Shown here: piece by piece, positions 38,427 to 47,851 of the stretch
Layout of the letters: each line of letters starts with the position of its first letter
How positions within the stretch are numbered: position 1 is the first letter of the stretch
IMG/VR virus record: IMGVR_UViG_3300009011_000002
Location: 124,001-188,000 of that record
Strand: one strand, 5' to 3'
DNA length: 64,000 nt
Notes under the pieces: model-generated
The model's input: only the letters and a program-made list of their open reading frames with translations
Database searches by the model: none
What the model was told of the DNA's origin: nothing
Program-made: the position numbers and the translations under genes

Positions 38427-39165
38427 GTTCCATCACTCCAAAGGCTTCTTCACGTTGTGCCTTGCTCATCTTGCGCATTGCACGCTTTTTCTTGCGTTCT
38501 TCTTCCTCGCGTCTCTTTTCCTCTTTCTCCTTTTCGGACACGTCAATGGCGACGTACTTGGCGAGGTCTTCCTTGAGTTTCTTCTCATCCTCTTTACGCC
38601 AGATTTCCTTCAGTTCTTCGATGTGCTTTTTCGGCCAAATCTGCTCGATGTAGAACGAAATGCCCGAGAAGCCAAAGTCACGGAACAACACAATCCGGCC
38701 CTTGAACTCCGTACGACGGTTCTTCACCATCCAGGTCGCCAGTACTTCATCGACAATTTTGGCTTCTTGATCCTGGGCCCACAACTCGTTCTTGTTCCTG
38801 AGCCAGTTCTTGTTGGTGTCCAACGTCACTGGGTACAAGGTAGGACCGTCCATGATCATGCCGTGGTGACCGGCGTCCATGAACTCTTTCATGATGATCG
38901 GATAAGCTTCCATTTCCCGGAAGCAACGTTTCATCCACTTCACCGGATCACGGGTGTTTTCCAGTGTGTCGAACAGGCTGAGTTGGATGAACTCCGGATG
39001 CAGGTGGCGGATCTTGCGGGCCATCTGCAACAGCTTCTTCGGGTTGTCCGTCATGTTGTCACGGAACCAGGTCAGGATGTGGATCTCCTGATCAAACGGT
39101 TCCAGGTTCGGGTTGAACTCGTACGGGGTTGGGGCGCCTTTCTTTTTGCTGTGTGCTGCTTGCAT
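38419..39165 (-). CDS. hypothetical protein with charged C-terminal coiled coil
   Basis: 248 aa, AAGGA RBS. Confidence 0.7.
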   Translation of the reverse strand: MQAAHSKKKGAPTPYEFNPNLEPFDQEIHILTWFRDNMTDNPKKLLQMARKIRHLHPEFIQLSLFDTLENTRDPVKWMKRCFREMEAYPIIMKEFMDAGHHGMIMDGPTLYPVTLDTNKNWLRNKNELWAQDQEAKIVDEVLATWMVKNRRTEFKGRIVLFRDFGFSGISFYIEQIWPKKHIEELKEIWRKEDEKKLKEDLAKYVAIDVSEKEKEEKRREEEERKKKRAMRKMSKAQREEAFGVMEHG

Positions 39166-39169
39166 TGCT

Positions 39170-39538
39170 TTACTGTCCTTGGTAGGGGATAGTGCCGTGA
39201 ATGAGGAAGTTGAGGATGGCGTCGTTAGCGCCAGTGATGAACGGATACTGCATTTTTACAGCCGCCGCGATTTCGTCGCCAGGCAGGTTGTAAAACACAT
39301 CGATCCAGCCGTCTTCTTTTGCGGTTACGACCACGGTACGAGAGATAGGGCAAGTCTCACCAGGTTTGCCAGTACCGGGTTCGGTCTTGTGGTAAGTCAG
39401 TGAATGCCCTTCGATGGTCGACACCACCACACCGTTGGTTTCTTTGGCGTACTTGGCTTGTTTGGCCAGATGACCAAGCTCGATTTCAAAAGCAATCAGG
39501 GACTTGAGGATAGTCCCCTGCAGAATGGTAAAGGCCAT
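39170..39538 (-). CDS. hypothetical protein
   Basis: 122 aa. Confidence 0.65.
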   Translation of the reverse strand: MAFTILQGTILKSLIAFEIELGHLAKQAKYAKETNGVVVSTIEGHSLTYHKTEPGTGKPGETCPISRTVVVTAKEDGWIDVFYNLPGDEIAAAVKMQYPFITGANDAILNFLIHGTIPYQGQ

Positions 39539-39541
39539 GAC

Positions 39542-40114
39542 CTAGTCCTTAGGTTGTGGGTGGAAGATAAGGTCGTCGAGTTCTTCAACCGACAGGGGGC
39601 CGGGATCAGAGGAGAAGCCAGCTTCTTTGAGGGCTTCTGCCAGTGGTGGGGCCCCCAGGATACGAGGTCTATGTTTATCAAGGCTCGAAAAGGACAGACT
39701 GGTAGGTCTGCTTCGGCCATACGAACCCGTACGGATGAACAGGTGTTCCGCTGGGTTGTAGTACCGATCCGGTTTGGGGATATACCTGGCTTGGTTTACG
39801 GTGAGTTGATCAACGTAGATATCCCTGTTCTGCCGGAAGTCATGCAGGAACAGGTTAACCCGAGTGGCATGTTGCGCCATCAAGGAGATACCCACGTTGA
39901 TGATTTGTTCCAGAGACTTGTCCGACTGGGCCACCGCCTCGTTGACCCACAGATGGTTCAACCTACCGTCGTCGGTGATCAGCGTGATGGACATCTTGGC
40001 GTCACGCGAATGACGGTAGGTGTCTTGGACCATCAGGTCTGGAACATTGGCCAGTTTGCATTTGGCCAAGGCGCTTTCCAGCAATTCGAGTGCTTCTTGT
40101 TGCTCATCGTTCAT
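39542..40114 (-). CDS. hypothetical protein
   Basis: likely start MNDEQQ at 40114 after AAGGA. Confidence 0.65.
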   Translation of the reverse strand: MNDEQQEALELLESALAKCKLANVPDLMVQDTYRHSRDAKMSITLITDDGRLNHLWVNEAVAQSDKSLEQIINVGISLMAQHATRVNLFLHDFRQNRDIYVDQLTVNQARYIPKPDRYYNPAEHLFIRTGSYGRSRPTSLSFSSLDKHRPRILGAPPLAEALKEAGFSSDPGPLSVEELDDLIFHPQPKD

Positions 40115-40466
40115 TTTCGCGTTCCTTGTCAAAGTCTTCCCGGGTCTTTTCATCGAGCACAATGAATGCACGACCACACTTGCATTCAGATTGGCTCTTG
40201 ATCTTGAACCCGTACGAAGACAACAAAATAGCCCGGCCGTTAGCCAGCGGTTGGAGACAGAAAGTCTGTCCCTTAGAGGCAAACTTCAAGCGACGAAGTT
40301 CGTTGACGATCGAGACGTTGTAATGCGACTGGCAGTAATCATCGATCAGTTCTTCGAATACGTTGCGTATTTCCTTTTCATCGAGACCCTCAAAGAGCTT
40401 AGTCAAACGCTCCCCAAGTTTCTCCCCGGTCTCTTGGGAGTAGAAATGAGAGTCGTGTTCGGACAT
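40104..40466 (-). CDS. hypothetical protein
   Basis: 120 aa; coupled to upstream gene. Confidence 0.6.
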   Translation of the reverse strand: MSEHDSHFYSQETGEKLGERLTKLFEGLDEKEIRNVFEELIDDYCQSHYNVSIVNELRRLKFASKGQTFCLQPLANGRAILLSSYGFKIKSQSECKCGRAFIVLDEKTREDFDKERENER

Positions 40467-40840
40467 TACAACCCCGTGGCTTTCTTCATGGATTGGCGAA
40501 CTTCCACCAGGCGCATGATCAGCCCATCGACGTCGTCCTGCTCGAAGATCAGGAAACGAACTTCGTCGCCTTCATATGACCCATCACGACCAGTGCCGTC
40601 GTATTCAGTCGGCAGAGACAAGTTGGGATCCTTGCGAAGAGATTCCACTTTATCCCACAGATCGTCGCTGCCTGTGTTTGCAATTAGAGATTCAGGTGCC
40701 AGTGAAATAGAAACAAAGTCATTGTCACCACAGGCACCAGTTCCGATGTACAAGGTATCGTCAGTGCGATTTTCCCAGATCTTGGTGAACAGCACTTCGT
40801 GTTCGAGTGCTCTGAATTCAGCGCGGTTTACAATACGCAT
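40466..40840 (-). CDS. hypothetical protein
   Basis: 124 aa; first gene after a promoter. Confidence 0.7.
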   Translation of the reverse strand: MRIVNRAEFRALEHEVLFTKIWENRTDDTLYIGTGACGDNDFVSISLAPESLIANTGSDDLWDKVESLRKDPNLSLPTEYDGTGRDGSYEGDEVRFLIFEQDDVDGLIMRLVEVRQSMKKATGL

Positions 40841-40887
40841 TTACGTTACTCCAAATATAAGTAATTACCAGCCCAAACTACAGGCTG

Positions 40888-40917
40888 GTAATATAGAGAC
40901 AAGACTTACTACAACTT
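40888..40917 (-). promoter_or_regulatory. early promoter
   Basis: AAGTTGTAGTAAGTCTTGTCTCTATATTAC. Confidence 0.75.
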
Positions 40918-41182
40918 AAGGGTAGACCTTAACGCGGAACAGCCCGTTGGTCGAGGGAACAGCTTGTAACTCCCACGTGAACGCTCCAACCGGTTTATCA
41001 GCAAGCTTCTGCGCAATCATGAGGCCGCCTATACGAGCAGCTTCCATGAAGCGGTGATCACCTACCATGGCTGGTGTTCTCCCATCCGCCGACATCGTGG
41101 ATGCACGCCAATGGACCCATTCTGGATTCAACAACTCCGGGTGTTGGTCGGCATCAACTTGAAGCTCGGGAATGAATTGCAT
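40916..41182 (-). CDS. WxxW-module protein
   Basis: PEL..LLNPEWVHWRA. Confidence 0.65.
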   Translation of the reverse strand: MQFIPELQVDADQHPELLNPEWVHWRASTMSADGRTPAMVGDHRFMEAARIGGLMIAQKLADKPVGAFTWELQAVPSTNGLFRVKVYP

Positions 41183-41196
41183 GGGATTGCTCCTGG

Positions 41197-42042
41197 TTAC
41201 AGGCGAGCTTTCTGCTCGATGATTATTTCTGGGTCACGTTGGGAGTTATCAATGGTGATCTCAACGCTAGCTGGACGACCGGTCGGGAACACCATCTTTA
41301 CTACACGTGCGATAGCCTCGGTCCCGGCTTTTTCAGGGGTGTTGCTAGGATGTTGCGCCAAGAACCATTCGATCCAGTCGAAGGAGATGAAACGGCGAAC
41401 GTAGGGGTGGTTACCCGTAGGCTGTTTGGTGATAAACAGATCAGGTTCGGGTACGGCCGCTTGCGCTGCTCTGCCAGCCGCTTCCTTAAGTTCTTCACCG
41501 GTGAGCACGTGAACAGACTGACCTTTCTTCAACGCATTGGCCAGCTTGTAGAAATGGCTAGCCGTCGAAGCGAGCAATGCCAGTTCCTTTTCGTCGATCC
41601 GGCTATCAAAGCCGAATGCATTTTCGAAGAAGCCCAAACGGCGCAGGACCACGCGGAGTTCTTCAGACTGCCGTTCTTCACCCAGCTTCTTGGCCGCATC
41701 AACGTTAGAGTCTCGCAGCAAACCAGTGAGCGCCGGAGAAATGTCCTTGAACATACGGACGAGGTCATAACCGTCGAGGCCGTGGGACTTGAACGCATCG
41801 TCGAAAGCGTACAGGCGGTTCTGCAACCAATCGATACGGTCGAGGACGTTGTTGAAGAAGATCTGGGCTTGTTCTTTCTTGGCACCGGAGCATTGCTCGA
41901 TGATTTCTTTGGTGCCAGCCTCGAAGTAACCCTTGAAACCGAAATCGTTCTTGTCGGCCAATGGGCGTTGTTCGTAGTTGCACATGGTAAGGTTGGTAGC
42001 TTCTGATAAGCGCATAGTGGATTCCGTTCGAAGTACTGGCAT
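41197..42042 (-). CDS. helical protein with C-terminal WxxW module
   Basis: EPDL..ISFDWIEWFLAQHPSNTPEKA. Confidence 0.7.
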   Translation of the reverse strand: MPVLRTESTMRLSEATNLTMCNYEQRPLADKNDFGFKGYFEAGTKEIIEQCSGAKKEQAQIFFNNVLDRIDWLQNRLYAFDDAFKSHGLDGYDLVRMFKDISPALTGLLRDSNVDAAKKLGEERQSEELRVVLRRLGFFENAFGFDSRIDEKELALLASTASHFYKLANALKKGQSVHVLTGEELKEAAGRAAQAAVPEPDLFITKQPTGNHPYVRRFISFDWIEWFLAQHPSNTPEKAGTEAIARVVKMVFPTGRPASVEITIDNSQRDPEIIIEQKARL

Positions 42043-42045
42043 GAG

Positions 42046-42618
42046 TTAACGACCTTTAGGTGGGTTACGTGGACAAGCTTTGCCGTTGGCATCATAGGGC
42101 GCGCTTGGATCAGGCAGTGGCTGGTAACCATTCCCTGGCAAACAACCGTCTGTACGGTCTAGGTGTTTGGTGCGTAACAGCAGTTGTTTCATTTCCGGCG
42201 ACGGCACGAGGACAGGAATGTGCACAGACCGAGGGTTTACAATCACGCCATTCTCTAACATGACGTGCGGTTGGTCTTGTTCTACTTTCACTTCACTACG
42301 TTTACGCAACCGCAGGTTCTTGCTACGCAGGTTACGGTTGGTGCGCTTCAACGAACCGATCTCGTTGGACATGTACACAACGCGCTGTACGAGGCCCGCT
42401 ACGTCCCATTCGGTTAATGGGGTACCATTCTGCTTGTAGGCGGCAAACGCCACCAGGAAGCGCTCTGCAGCGTCCAGGTTGGTGTCTTCCGGCAGGTAGA
42501 AGTCATCTCGGCGGATGGGTTCTTCCAGTTTGTGCTTGCCAATGAAACCGGACAAATACAGTTTCAACTTCTCGGTAACTTTGGCGAGGGGGAAACGCTT
42601 CTTGCTTTCGATGGCCAT
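42046..42618 (-). CDS. hypothetical protein with coiled coil and Pro-rich tail
   Basis: 190 aa; ends GYQPLPDP..PRNPPKGR. Confidence 0.7.
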   Translation of the reverse strand: MAIESKKRFPLAKVTEKLKLYLSGFIGKHKLEEPIRRDDFYLPEDTNLDAAERFLVAFAAYKQNGTPLTEWDVAGLVQRVVYMSNEIGSLKRTNRNLRSKNLRLRKRSEVKVEQDQPHVMLENGVIVNPRSVHIPVLVPSPEMKQLLLRTKHLDRTDGCLPGNGYQPLPDPSAPYDANGKACPRNPPKGR

Positions 42619-42656
42619 AATTCATCTTCCTGATAAGGTTGAGGGGTTACGTAATA

Positions 42657-42686
42657 GTAATATAGGTTTAATAAAAACTAACACGG
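42657..42686 (-). promoter_or_regulatory. early promoter
   Basis: AAACCTATATTAC 39 nt upstream of the ATG. Confidence 0.8.
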
Positions 42687-42700
42687 TATCAAAAATAAAG

Positions 42701-42726
42701 CCTTAGGCGGAGCAATCCGCCTAAGG
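42701..42726 (-). terminator. intrinsic terminator
   Basis: 11-bp stem, 4-nt loop, U-rich tract on minus strand. Confidence 0.8.
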
Positions 42727-42734
42727 TATAACAC

Positions 42735-44216
42735 TTACTGGATGAGTTCCAGCTTACGGCTCAGTTCGATCTTCAGCGGGTTGCCGTTGTTCGGGATCAG
42801 GTTGTAGCGTTCCAGCTCTTCCGGCTTCTTCTCGCTGGACATGACGCGGTAAGCACCCTTGGTCCACGCCAGTGCGAAACTGCACGAGTGGACGTTACGG
42901 TACCAGTCGATCCATTCCTGGGACAGGGTGTGGACTGAGGTGGTGAGGTTGGGTTCTTTCGGGCCCTTGTCGATGAACTCTTCCAGGCTCTGCGTGAAGG
43001 TCTTCAGCGCGGTCATTGGATTGACTGGACGTTGTTTACCCAGCTGGACAATGACCATGTCTTCGGTGATCCGCTTGGCGTCGAGCCGCTTGGCTACCAG
43101 TTCGCCAAACAGCTGGTAGTATTCCGGACCGAAGTTAACCCAGTTACTACCACCGCCACCGAAGGTGTTTTGCAACGAGAAGTAATTCATTCCCATGGTG
43201 AGGTGGAACGAACGGAAGAGTGCGGCCAGGCGTTCGTCGTTGTAAGAACCGACAATCCGACGAAGGAGGTCTTCTTTCTCAAGAACCGGTTCGTTCTCGG
43301 CGCGGTTGTCGAGCACACGCTCGAAGGCTGCCAGGACCAGTTGTCGAGCAATAGGGAGTACTTCGTTCGGGTACTCCCAACTGCGCCCTTGTTCGCCGAT
43401 GATGACGAAGGTTTCATCCGAACGTTCCGCCCAGGTCTGCTGGATCCAGAACAGCATTTGCTTGAAGTTCATGCCAGCAACAATGCCCTTGAGCTTGGCG
43501 GTGACTTCCTTGCGTTTTTCTTCGGTGAGTTCAGTCACTTCTGGTTCCTTTTCGTTAATAGTTTGCTTCTTGGCCATTTCAAGAATGCGTTGCATGATAC
43601 CAGCCGCCACAGAGAGACTCGCGGGACCTTCGTAGCGGTACAATGCGCCGGTGACAACATCGAACTCGAAAGTGAAATCTTGTTTCGACTCGGTGGTCTC
43701 TAACCGGTAATTGAAAATGGTGCCTGGAGTGTCTCGGCTTTCGGTCACGTCCAACCGCCACCCAGCCTGGAGACCCTGAGAATCACCGTCGAGGTAAGCC
43801 CAGTTATGACGAATAAACAGCTTCGCCAGTTCCAAAGAGTGTTCCATTAACCTGCCTTGAGCTGCCGCCGAGTTGTTCAGCTTGTCAAGGATGTAGTTAT
43901 AAACCTCCGAGAAGACTTCGTACACATCACCAGGGCTGGTGCCGAAATCCAATGCAGTCAGACGGTCCCCTGCAAGGTTAGCCGATACTTCAAAGTCGCG
44001 GATAGGGACCCCTTCACCACGGCCGGAGCTGTACTTGAACCCGTAACCAGGCGTACCGGCGAAGTATTGCAACCGCCATTCACCGATGGTCAGCCCAGGG
44101 GAGTAACTGGACCAGTTCATGACCGCGAACACACCGGCCAGTTCTTTAATTTTGTGGGCCAAGTCGGCAGCTTGTTTCAGTTCCATGTCCTTACTCGTCA
44201 TCACGAACAACTCCAT
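42735..44216 (-). CDS. multidomain protein with C-terminal WxxW module
   Basis: 493 aa; two similar N-terminal domains (NW....G...WRL); EPNL..LSQEWIDWYRNVHSCSFALA. Confidence 0.75.
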   Translation of the reverse strand: MELFVMTSKDMELKQAADLAHKIKELAGVFAVMNWSSYSPGLTIGEWRLQYFAGTPGYGFKYSSGRGEGVPIRDFEVSANLAGDRLTALDFGTSPGDVYEVFSEVYNYILDKLNNSAAAQGRLMEHSLELAKLFIRHNWAYLDGDSQGLQAGWRLDVTESRDTPGTIFNYRLETTESKQDFTFEFDVVTGALYRYEGPASLSVAAGIMQRILEMAKKQTINEKEPEVTELTEEKRKEVTAKLKGIVAGMNFKQMLFWIQQTWAERSDETFVIIGEQGRSWEYPNEVLPIARQLVLAAFERVLDNRAENEPVLEKEDLLRRIVGSYNDERLAALFRSFHLTMGMNYFSLQNTFGGGGSNWVNFGPEYYQLFGELVAKRLDAKRITEDMVIVQLGKQRPVNPMTALKTFTQSLEEFIDKGPKEPNLTTSVHTLSQEWIDWYRNVHSCSFALAWTKGAYRVMSSEKKPEELERYNLIPNNGNPLKIELSRKLELIQ

Positions 44217-44604
44217 ATTGATATTTCGCGTCTACCTTGTAACCAAGAGACACCCTTTCTTGCATGGTGACCTTAGCACGGAAGCGTGCTTTGTTCGTCC
44301 CGGTCTCGCGAACAGTGAAGGTTACTTCCGCCTTACGTTGCCCAACGCACACCGACGACTTGATCAGGGCTTCTACAAAGTTGTTGAAGTACCCTCCCTG
44401 ACGCAAGTCTTCAGTCATACGCCCCACGAAGATACCGGTTGCAGCTACAGCGTTGGTATACTCGAAGGGCTTGCCATTAGGGTCCAGTTCCTTCGGCAAC
44501 TTGTCCGGTGCTTGGTAGGCGTCTTCGAGGAACAGCTTTTGAGTAAAGCTATCCGCCTCTACCTGCACTTCGATGTAGCAGTTATCCAGTTCTGCTTCAG
44601 ACAT
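44191..44604 (-). CDS. hypothetical protein
   Basis: 137 aa; coupled to upstream gene. Confidence 0.65.
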   Translation of the reverse strand: MSEAELDNCYIEVQVEADSFTQKLFLEDAYQAPDKLPKELDPNGKPFEYTNAVAATGIFVGRMTEDLRQGGYFNNFVEALIKSSVCVGQRKAEVTFTVRETGTNKARFRAKVTMQERVSLGYKVDAKYQYGVVRDDE

Positions 44605-44840
44605 TACTTACTTCCCCTGATTGGTTTGCAAGAAACTTCGATGTTGCTGCTCGTCCCGTTACGAGCCTTCATGTACTGCGTCGACGACGAGTAGACGTGG
44701 TTACGAAGCCCCACATGCTCTACCACGGCCATCATGGCAGAACGACACTCGTTGGAGTCTACGATCTGGGAAATGTTCCCATGGACCGGCTGACCGTTAA
44801 CACTTGCCATGAAGTAGGTAGCAATTAGCAGGGCTTTCAT
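44604..44840 (-). CDS. small exported protein
   Basis: hydrophobic N-terminus, two Cys. Confidence 0.55.
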   Translation of the reverse strand: MKALLIATYFMASVNGQPVHGNISQIVDSNECRSAMMAVVEHVGLRNHVYSSSTQYMKARNGTSSNIEVSCKPIRGSK

Positions 44841-44875
44841 AAACGATAGGCCTCTCAGTTAAACGAAAAATAAAA

Positions 44876-44893
44876 GTGGACCCGAAGGTCCAC
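44876..44893 (-). terminator. intrinsic terminator with UUCG loop
   Basis: GTGGACC-TTCG-GGTCCAC followed by TTTTATTTTT on minus strand. Confidence 0.85.
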
Positions 44894-44921
44894 CTTTACC
44901 ACATTGCCTGTAAGCAGTTGC

Positions 44922-46442
44922 TTACATGGCGCCGATCATGCCCGAGACAACGGAAGGATCCACATCCAGGGCGGATGGTTCAGCGGCATTACCCAGCAGG
45001 TTGTTGCCTGGCAGCAGCGAACGACCCACTGCCGAACCCACAGCACCCAGGGCCAGGCCCGCGGTACCAGCAGCGACGTAACGACCGAACTGGCTTTCGA
45101 TGTTGCTGTCGATCAGCTCACCGGCGAAGAAGCTGCCGATGGCGCCCGCGACGGTACCCAGTGCCGAACCCACGGTCAGGCCACCGCGTGCTGCCATTTC
45201 CATGCCACCGCCCACGACTGCTGCGCCGACGCCGATCCAGGAGGAGCGGACGCCTTCGTCGCGTTCGTTCATCAGGCTGAAGCGGGACTTGGCTGCGGCG
45301 GCGCCCTCGGTCAGGTCTTCGATCTTGAACTGGGTCAGCAGGTAGCCCATGTAGGACTTGGTGAACTCCTGCTCGCTTTCCAGGAAGTTGTAGATGCGGT
45401 GGTCGCTGTCCATGTCAGCAGGTGCCGACGCGGAGAAGGTCGCCCAGCGCGCCATCACTTCTGGTTGGCCTTCCATGAAGTTCAGGAAGACTTGGGTGCG
45501 CAGGCCGCCGTCGATCATGCCCTTGGAGCTCAGGAACATGATGAAGCCGTCGAAGTCTTTGGCAGCGTTGTTGTTGTTGGCGGTGGTGTGAGCGTTGGCG
45601 TTGGTCATGGTGTCTTCCTCGGTATTCGCAGATTGGGTTTGGTTGGTTTGTTGTGCGGTGTTTTGAGCTAGCTGGTCGCGACGCTCTTGGGAGATGTTAC
45701 GTTTCGAGATCAGTTCGTGTTGGGCATTCATCACGATCTCGATGATGTCTGCCTCGGCGGTAAAGCCGGTGTATTCGATGGTGGTGTCATTGACCCTGTA
45801 GCCAGTAAGGTTCACCACCTCGGGGCACAGTTCTTTGATCCGTTCTTGCTGGTGTGCCACGATCTTTTCTTCCAGCGTCAACCAGCTGAAGTGGTGACCG
45901 GTCGGTGGGAAGATAGGTTCCGAGGATCCGTTTTCACGGCTCAGTTCGGTATCCGCATCACGGCGTCCGCCCACGACAATGTCGGCATTCACCGGGGTAT
46001 CGTCTTTGAGGGTCTCGTGGTCCTCGATGACTTTAACCACCACGCCTTTATCGCCAGGAAGATCAGTCATCTTGAACTTCGGTTCAGGATGTTCTTGGGA
46101 GGCAGCCATATCAACAGTCGCTGAGCCGTGAAGCTCAGCGACTGGGATAGGGTTAGCTGGGATCGAGGCGGGTGCTGCAGCAGCTGGGGCTACCGGCTCT
46201 TCGAGCACGATGGTCTTGGCTGCTTTGATCTGGGACATCGAATACTTCGTGCCCAGTTTGTGGTTCACGTTCGTCAGGACTTCAGTGCGAGACTGTTGCC
46301 GTACGAACTTGGGGTCGAGGAGCTTGGCCTTGATGGCGCTCTTCTGCTCTTCGACGGTGCCGCCCTTTTCACGCATTCCTTTAACAATGCCAACGATCGT
46401 CTCGATGGCAAACTCAGGAGTGGGGAATTGATCGTCAGCCAT
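44922..46442 (-). CDS. early protein with C-terminal glycine-zipper membrane domain
   Basis: 506 aa; G/A-rich hydrophobic helices; possible internal start at 45608. Confidence 0.75.
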   Translation of the reverse strand: MADDQFPTPEFAIETIVGIVKGMREKGGTVEEQKSAIKAKLLDPKFVRQQSRTEVLTNVNHKLGTKYSMSQIKAAKTIVLEEPVAPAAAAPASIPANPIPVAELHGSATVDMAASQEHPEPKFKMTDLPGDKGVVVKVIEDHETLKDDTPVNADIVVGGRRDADTELSRENGSSEPIFPPTGHHFSWLTLEEKIVAHQQERIKELCPEVVNLTGYRVNDTTIEYTGFTAEADIIEIVMNAQHELISKRNISQERRDQLAQNTAQQTNQTQSANTEEDTMTNANAHTTANNNNAAKDFDGFIMFLSSKGMIDGGLRTQVFLNFMEGQPEVMARWATFSASAPADMDSDHRIYNFLESEQEFTKSYMGYLLTQFKIEDLTEGAAAAKSRFSLMNERDEGVRSSWIGVGAAVVGGGMEMAARGGLTVGSALGTVAGAIGSFFAGELIDSNIESQFGRYVAAGTAGLALGAVGSAVGRSLLPGNNLLGNAAEPSALDVDPSVVSGMIGAM

Positions 46443-46515
46443 GTTTACAAACTCCTTTATCAGTTAGGTGGATTATCCAATCGAAGTCGAATAATCTTGT
46501 TATCTTATCACCCAA

Positions 46516-46545
46516 GTAATACAGGTTTGAAAACAACTGTAACTT
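46516..46545 (-). promoter_or_regulatory. early promoter
   Basis: AAGTTACAGTTGTTTTCAAACCTGTATTAC. Confidence 0.7.
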
Positions 46546-46549
46546 AAAT

Positions 46550-46888
46550 TTATCCGCACTGGATAACAGGTTTTGGTGGAGGGTTGGTAGGTGGAGGGAA
46601 CTTACGGACCAGTTTTAAGTGCGAACATTTGACCAATGCAAGTTCACCGAAGTCAGTCTCACCTGTCGACGTCACGTACTCCAGTTCGCATGGAGGTGTA
46701 GCATGGGCCACTATCCATGCTGCATCGTCCGCGTTATTGTCGAAGACGTAGAACGACGTCTCATGCTTCGAGTTACCATCCCGCATGCAGGGAATGAATC
46801 GGATCAAGTGAACGTGGGTGCCGATGTTGACCTTCGTGATGTCAGCATCAGTGATGATACAAAGATCACCTTTCTCGAGCTTGTCCAT
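46550..46888 (-). CDS. hypothetical protein (SH3/KOW-like N-terminus)
   Basis: LEKGDLCII...NIGT.V pattern. Confidence 0.55.
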   Translation of the reverse strand: MDKLEKGDLCIITDADITKVNIGTHVHLIRFIPCMRDGNSKHETSFYVFDNNADDAAWIVAHATPPCELEYVTSTGETDFGELALVKCSHLKLVRKFPPPTNPPPKPVIQCG

Positions 46889-46890
46889 AG

Positions 46891-47331
46891 TTACCCCTTA
46901 GGCTTCTTCCAGCCGTAGTCAGCTTTCCAGAACACCAGTTCTTTACCTGGCCAATCAGAGAACACACTGTTCAACGCCATGATGTCGTATTCATCGAAAT
47001 CATAGGCAATCGAAATATGGGGGAGTGGGGTCTCGTAGGCATGCTGGTAACCGGCATCCCGCAAGCGGCGGAACTCTTCGTTGAGGTCCGGGCTGGTGAG
47101 GTGGAAGACTACACCATCACCGAGGGGTTCCAGCTTGGTGACGAATGCACGGAACTCACGCTCCGGGTGCAGTTCAGCCAGTGGGCGGTCGATACCACGG
47201 TCGTCGAAGATTATGGTGGAGTGCAGGTCATGCTTGGGGATCTGTACCCCACATTCGCCCAGGAGCTTGTAGATCTCCATGATGAACTCGGGTTTCAGTT
47301 CTGCGGCTACGTAGCTGTAGTCACGTTCCAT
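46891..47331 (-). CDS. acb1: Acb1/T4 gp57B-like 2H phosphoesterase (anti-CBASS nuclease)
   Basis: YVAA, LHSTI and H.Y...PHISIAY motifs, 146 aa, C-terminal Trp, matching T4 gp57B/Acb1 layout. Confidence 0.8.
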   Translation of the reverse strand: MERDYSYVAAELKPEFIMEIYKLLGECGVQIPKHDLHSTIIFDDRGIDRPLAELHPEREFRAFVTKLEPLGDGVVFHLTSPDLNEEFRRLRDAGYQHAYETPLPHISIAYDFDEYDIMALNSVFSDWPGKELVFWKADYGWKKPKG

Positions 47332-47588
47332 TATTTCTTTTTCCTTGTAACGAAGATAGCGTGGATATTAGGTCTACTGCCAATGCGTTGGTTCAAGCGG
47401 CGACCCACCAAAGCTTGTTTAGAACTCGGGTGTGGGCAATCGTAAGCGAAGTAGGAAGAACCGTTGGTAAAATAAACAAGGTCAGGAAGTTCCGGGTAAG
47501 GAGTAAAACTCATCCCCCCAAAAGATAACACGCCCAGGTCTGAGTGATCACAAGTGCCCGTCATCACTATTCTTGGAAACATAATCAC
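47331..47588 (-). CDS. hypothetical protein
   Basis: 85 aa; coupled to the acb1-like gene. Confidence 0.5.
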   Translation of the reverse strand: MIMFPRIVMTGTCDHSDLGVLSFGGMSFTPYPELPDLVYFTNGSSYFAYDCPHPSSKQALVGRRLNQRIGSRPNIHAIFVTRKKK

Positions 47589-47614
47589 CCCAAAGCAAAA
47601 AAGAAAAGGTTAAG

Positions 47615-47638
47615 TACCGTCCGGGTAACCGGACGGTA
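47615..47638 (-). terminator. intrinsic terminator
   Basis: TACCGTCCGG-GTAA-CCGGACGGTA with downstream U-tract. Confidence 0.75.
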
Positions 47639-47641
47639 TTG

Positions 47642-47851
47642 TTACTGAATAATGCTTACAGTAACTTGGATCAACGGGCCATCTTTACTCAGCTTATTGG
47701 AGAGCCGGGTAATAGCCTGGCGCTGTTCGTCAGAGAACGCACGGAGACTGCTGAACACGTTCGTGGTGAGCACGTGATTTCCGAGTGTAAATAACACATG
47801 TTTCTTGGCGTCATAGCCGGCTTTACGAGCAAGACCGAGAAGACCGCTCAT
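47642..47851 (-). CDS. hypothetical protein
   Basis: 69 aa; coupled. Confidence 0.55.
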   Translation of the reverse strand: MSGLLGLARKAGYDAKKHVLFTLGNHVLTTNVFSSLRAFSDEQRQAITRLSNKLSKDGPLIQVTVSIIQ

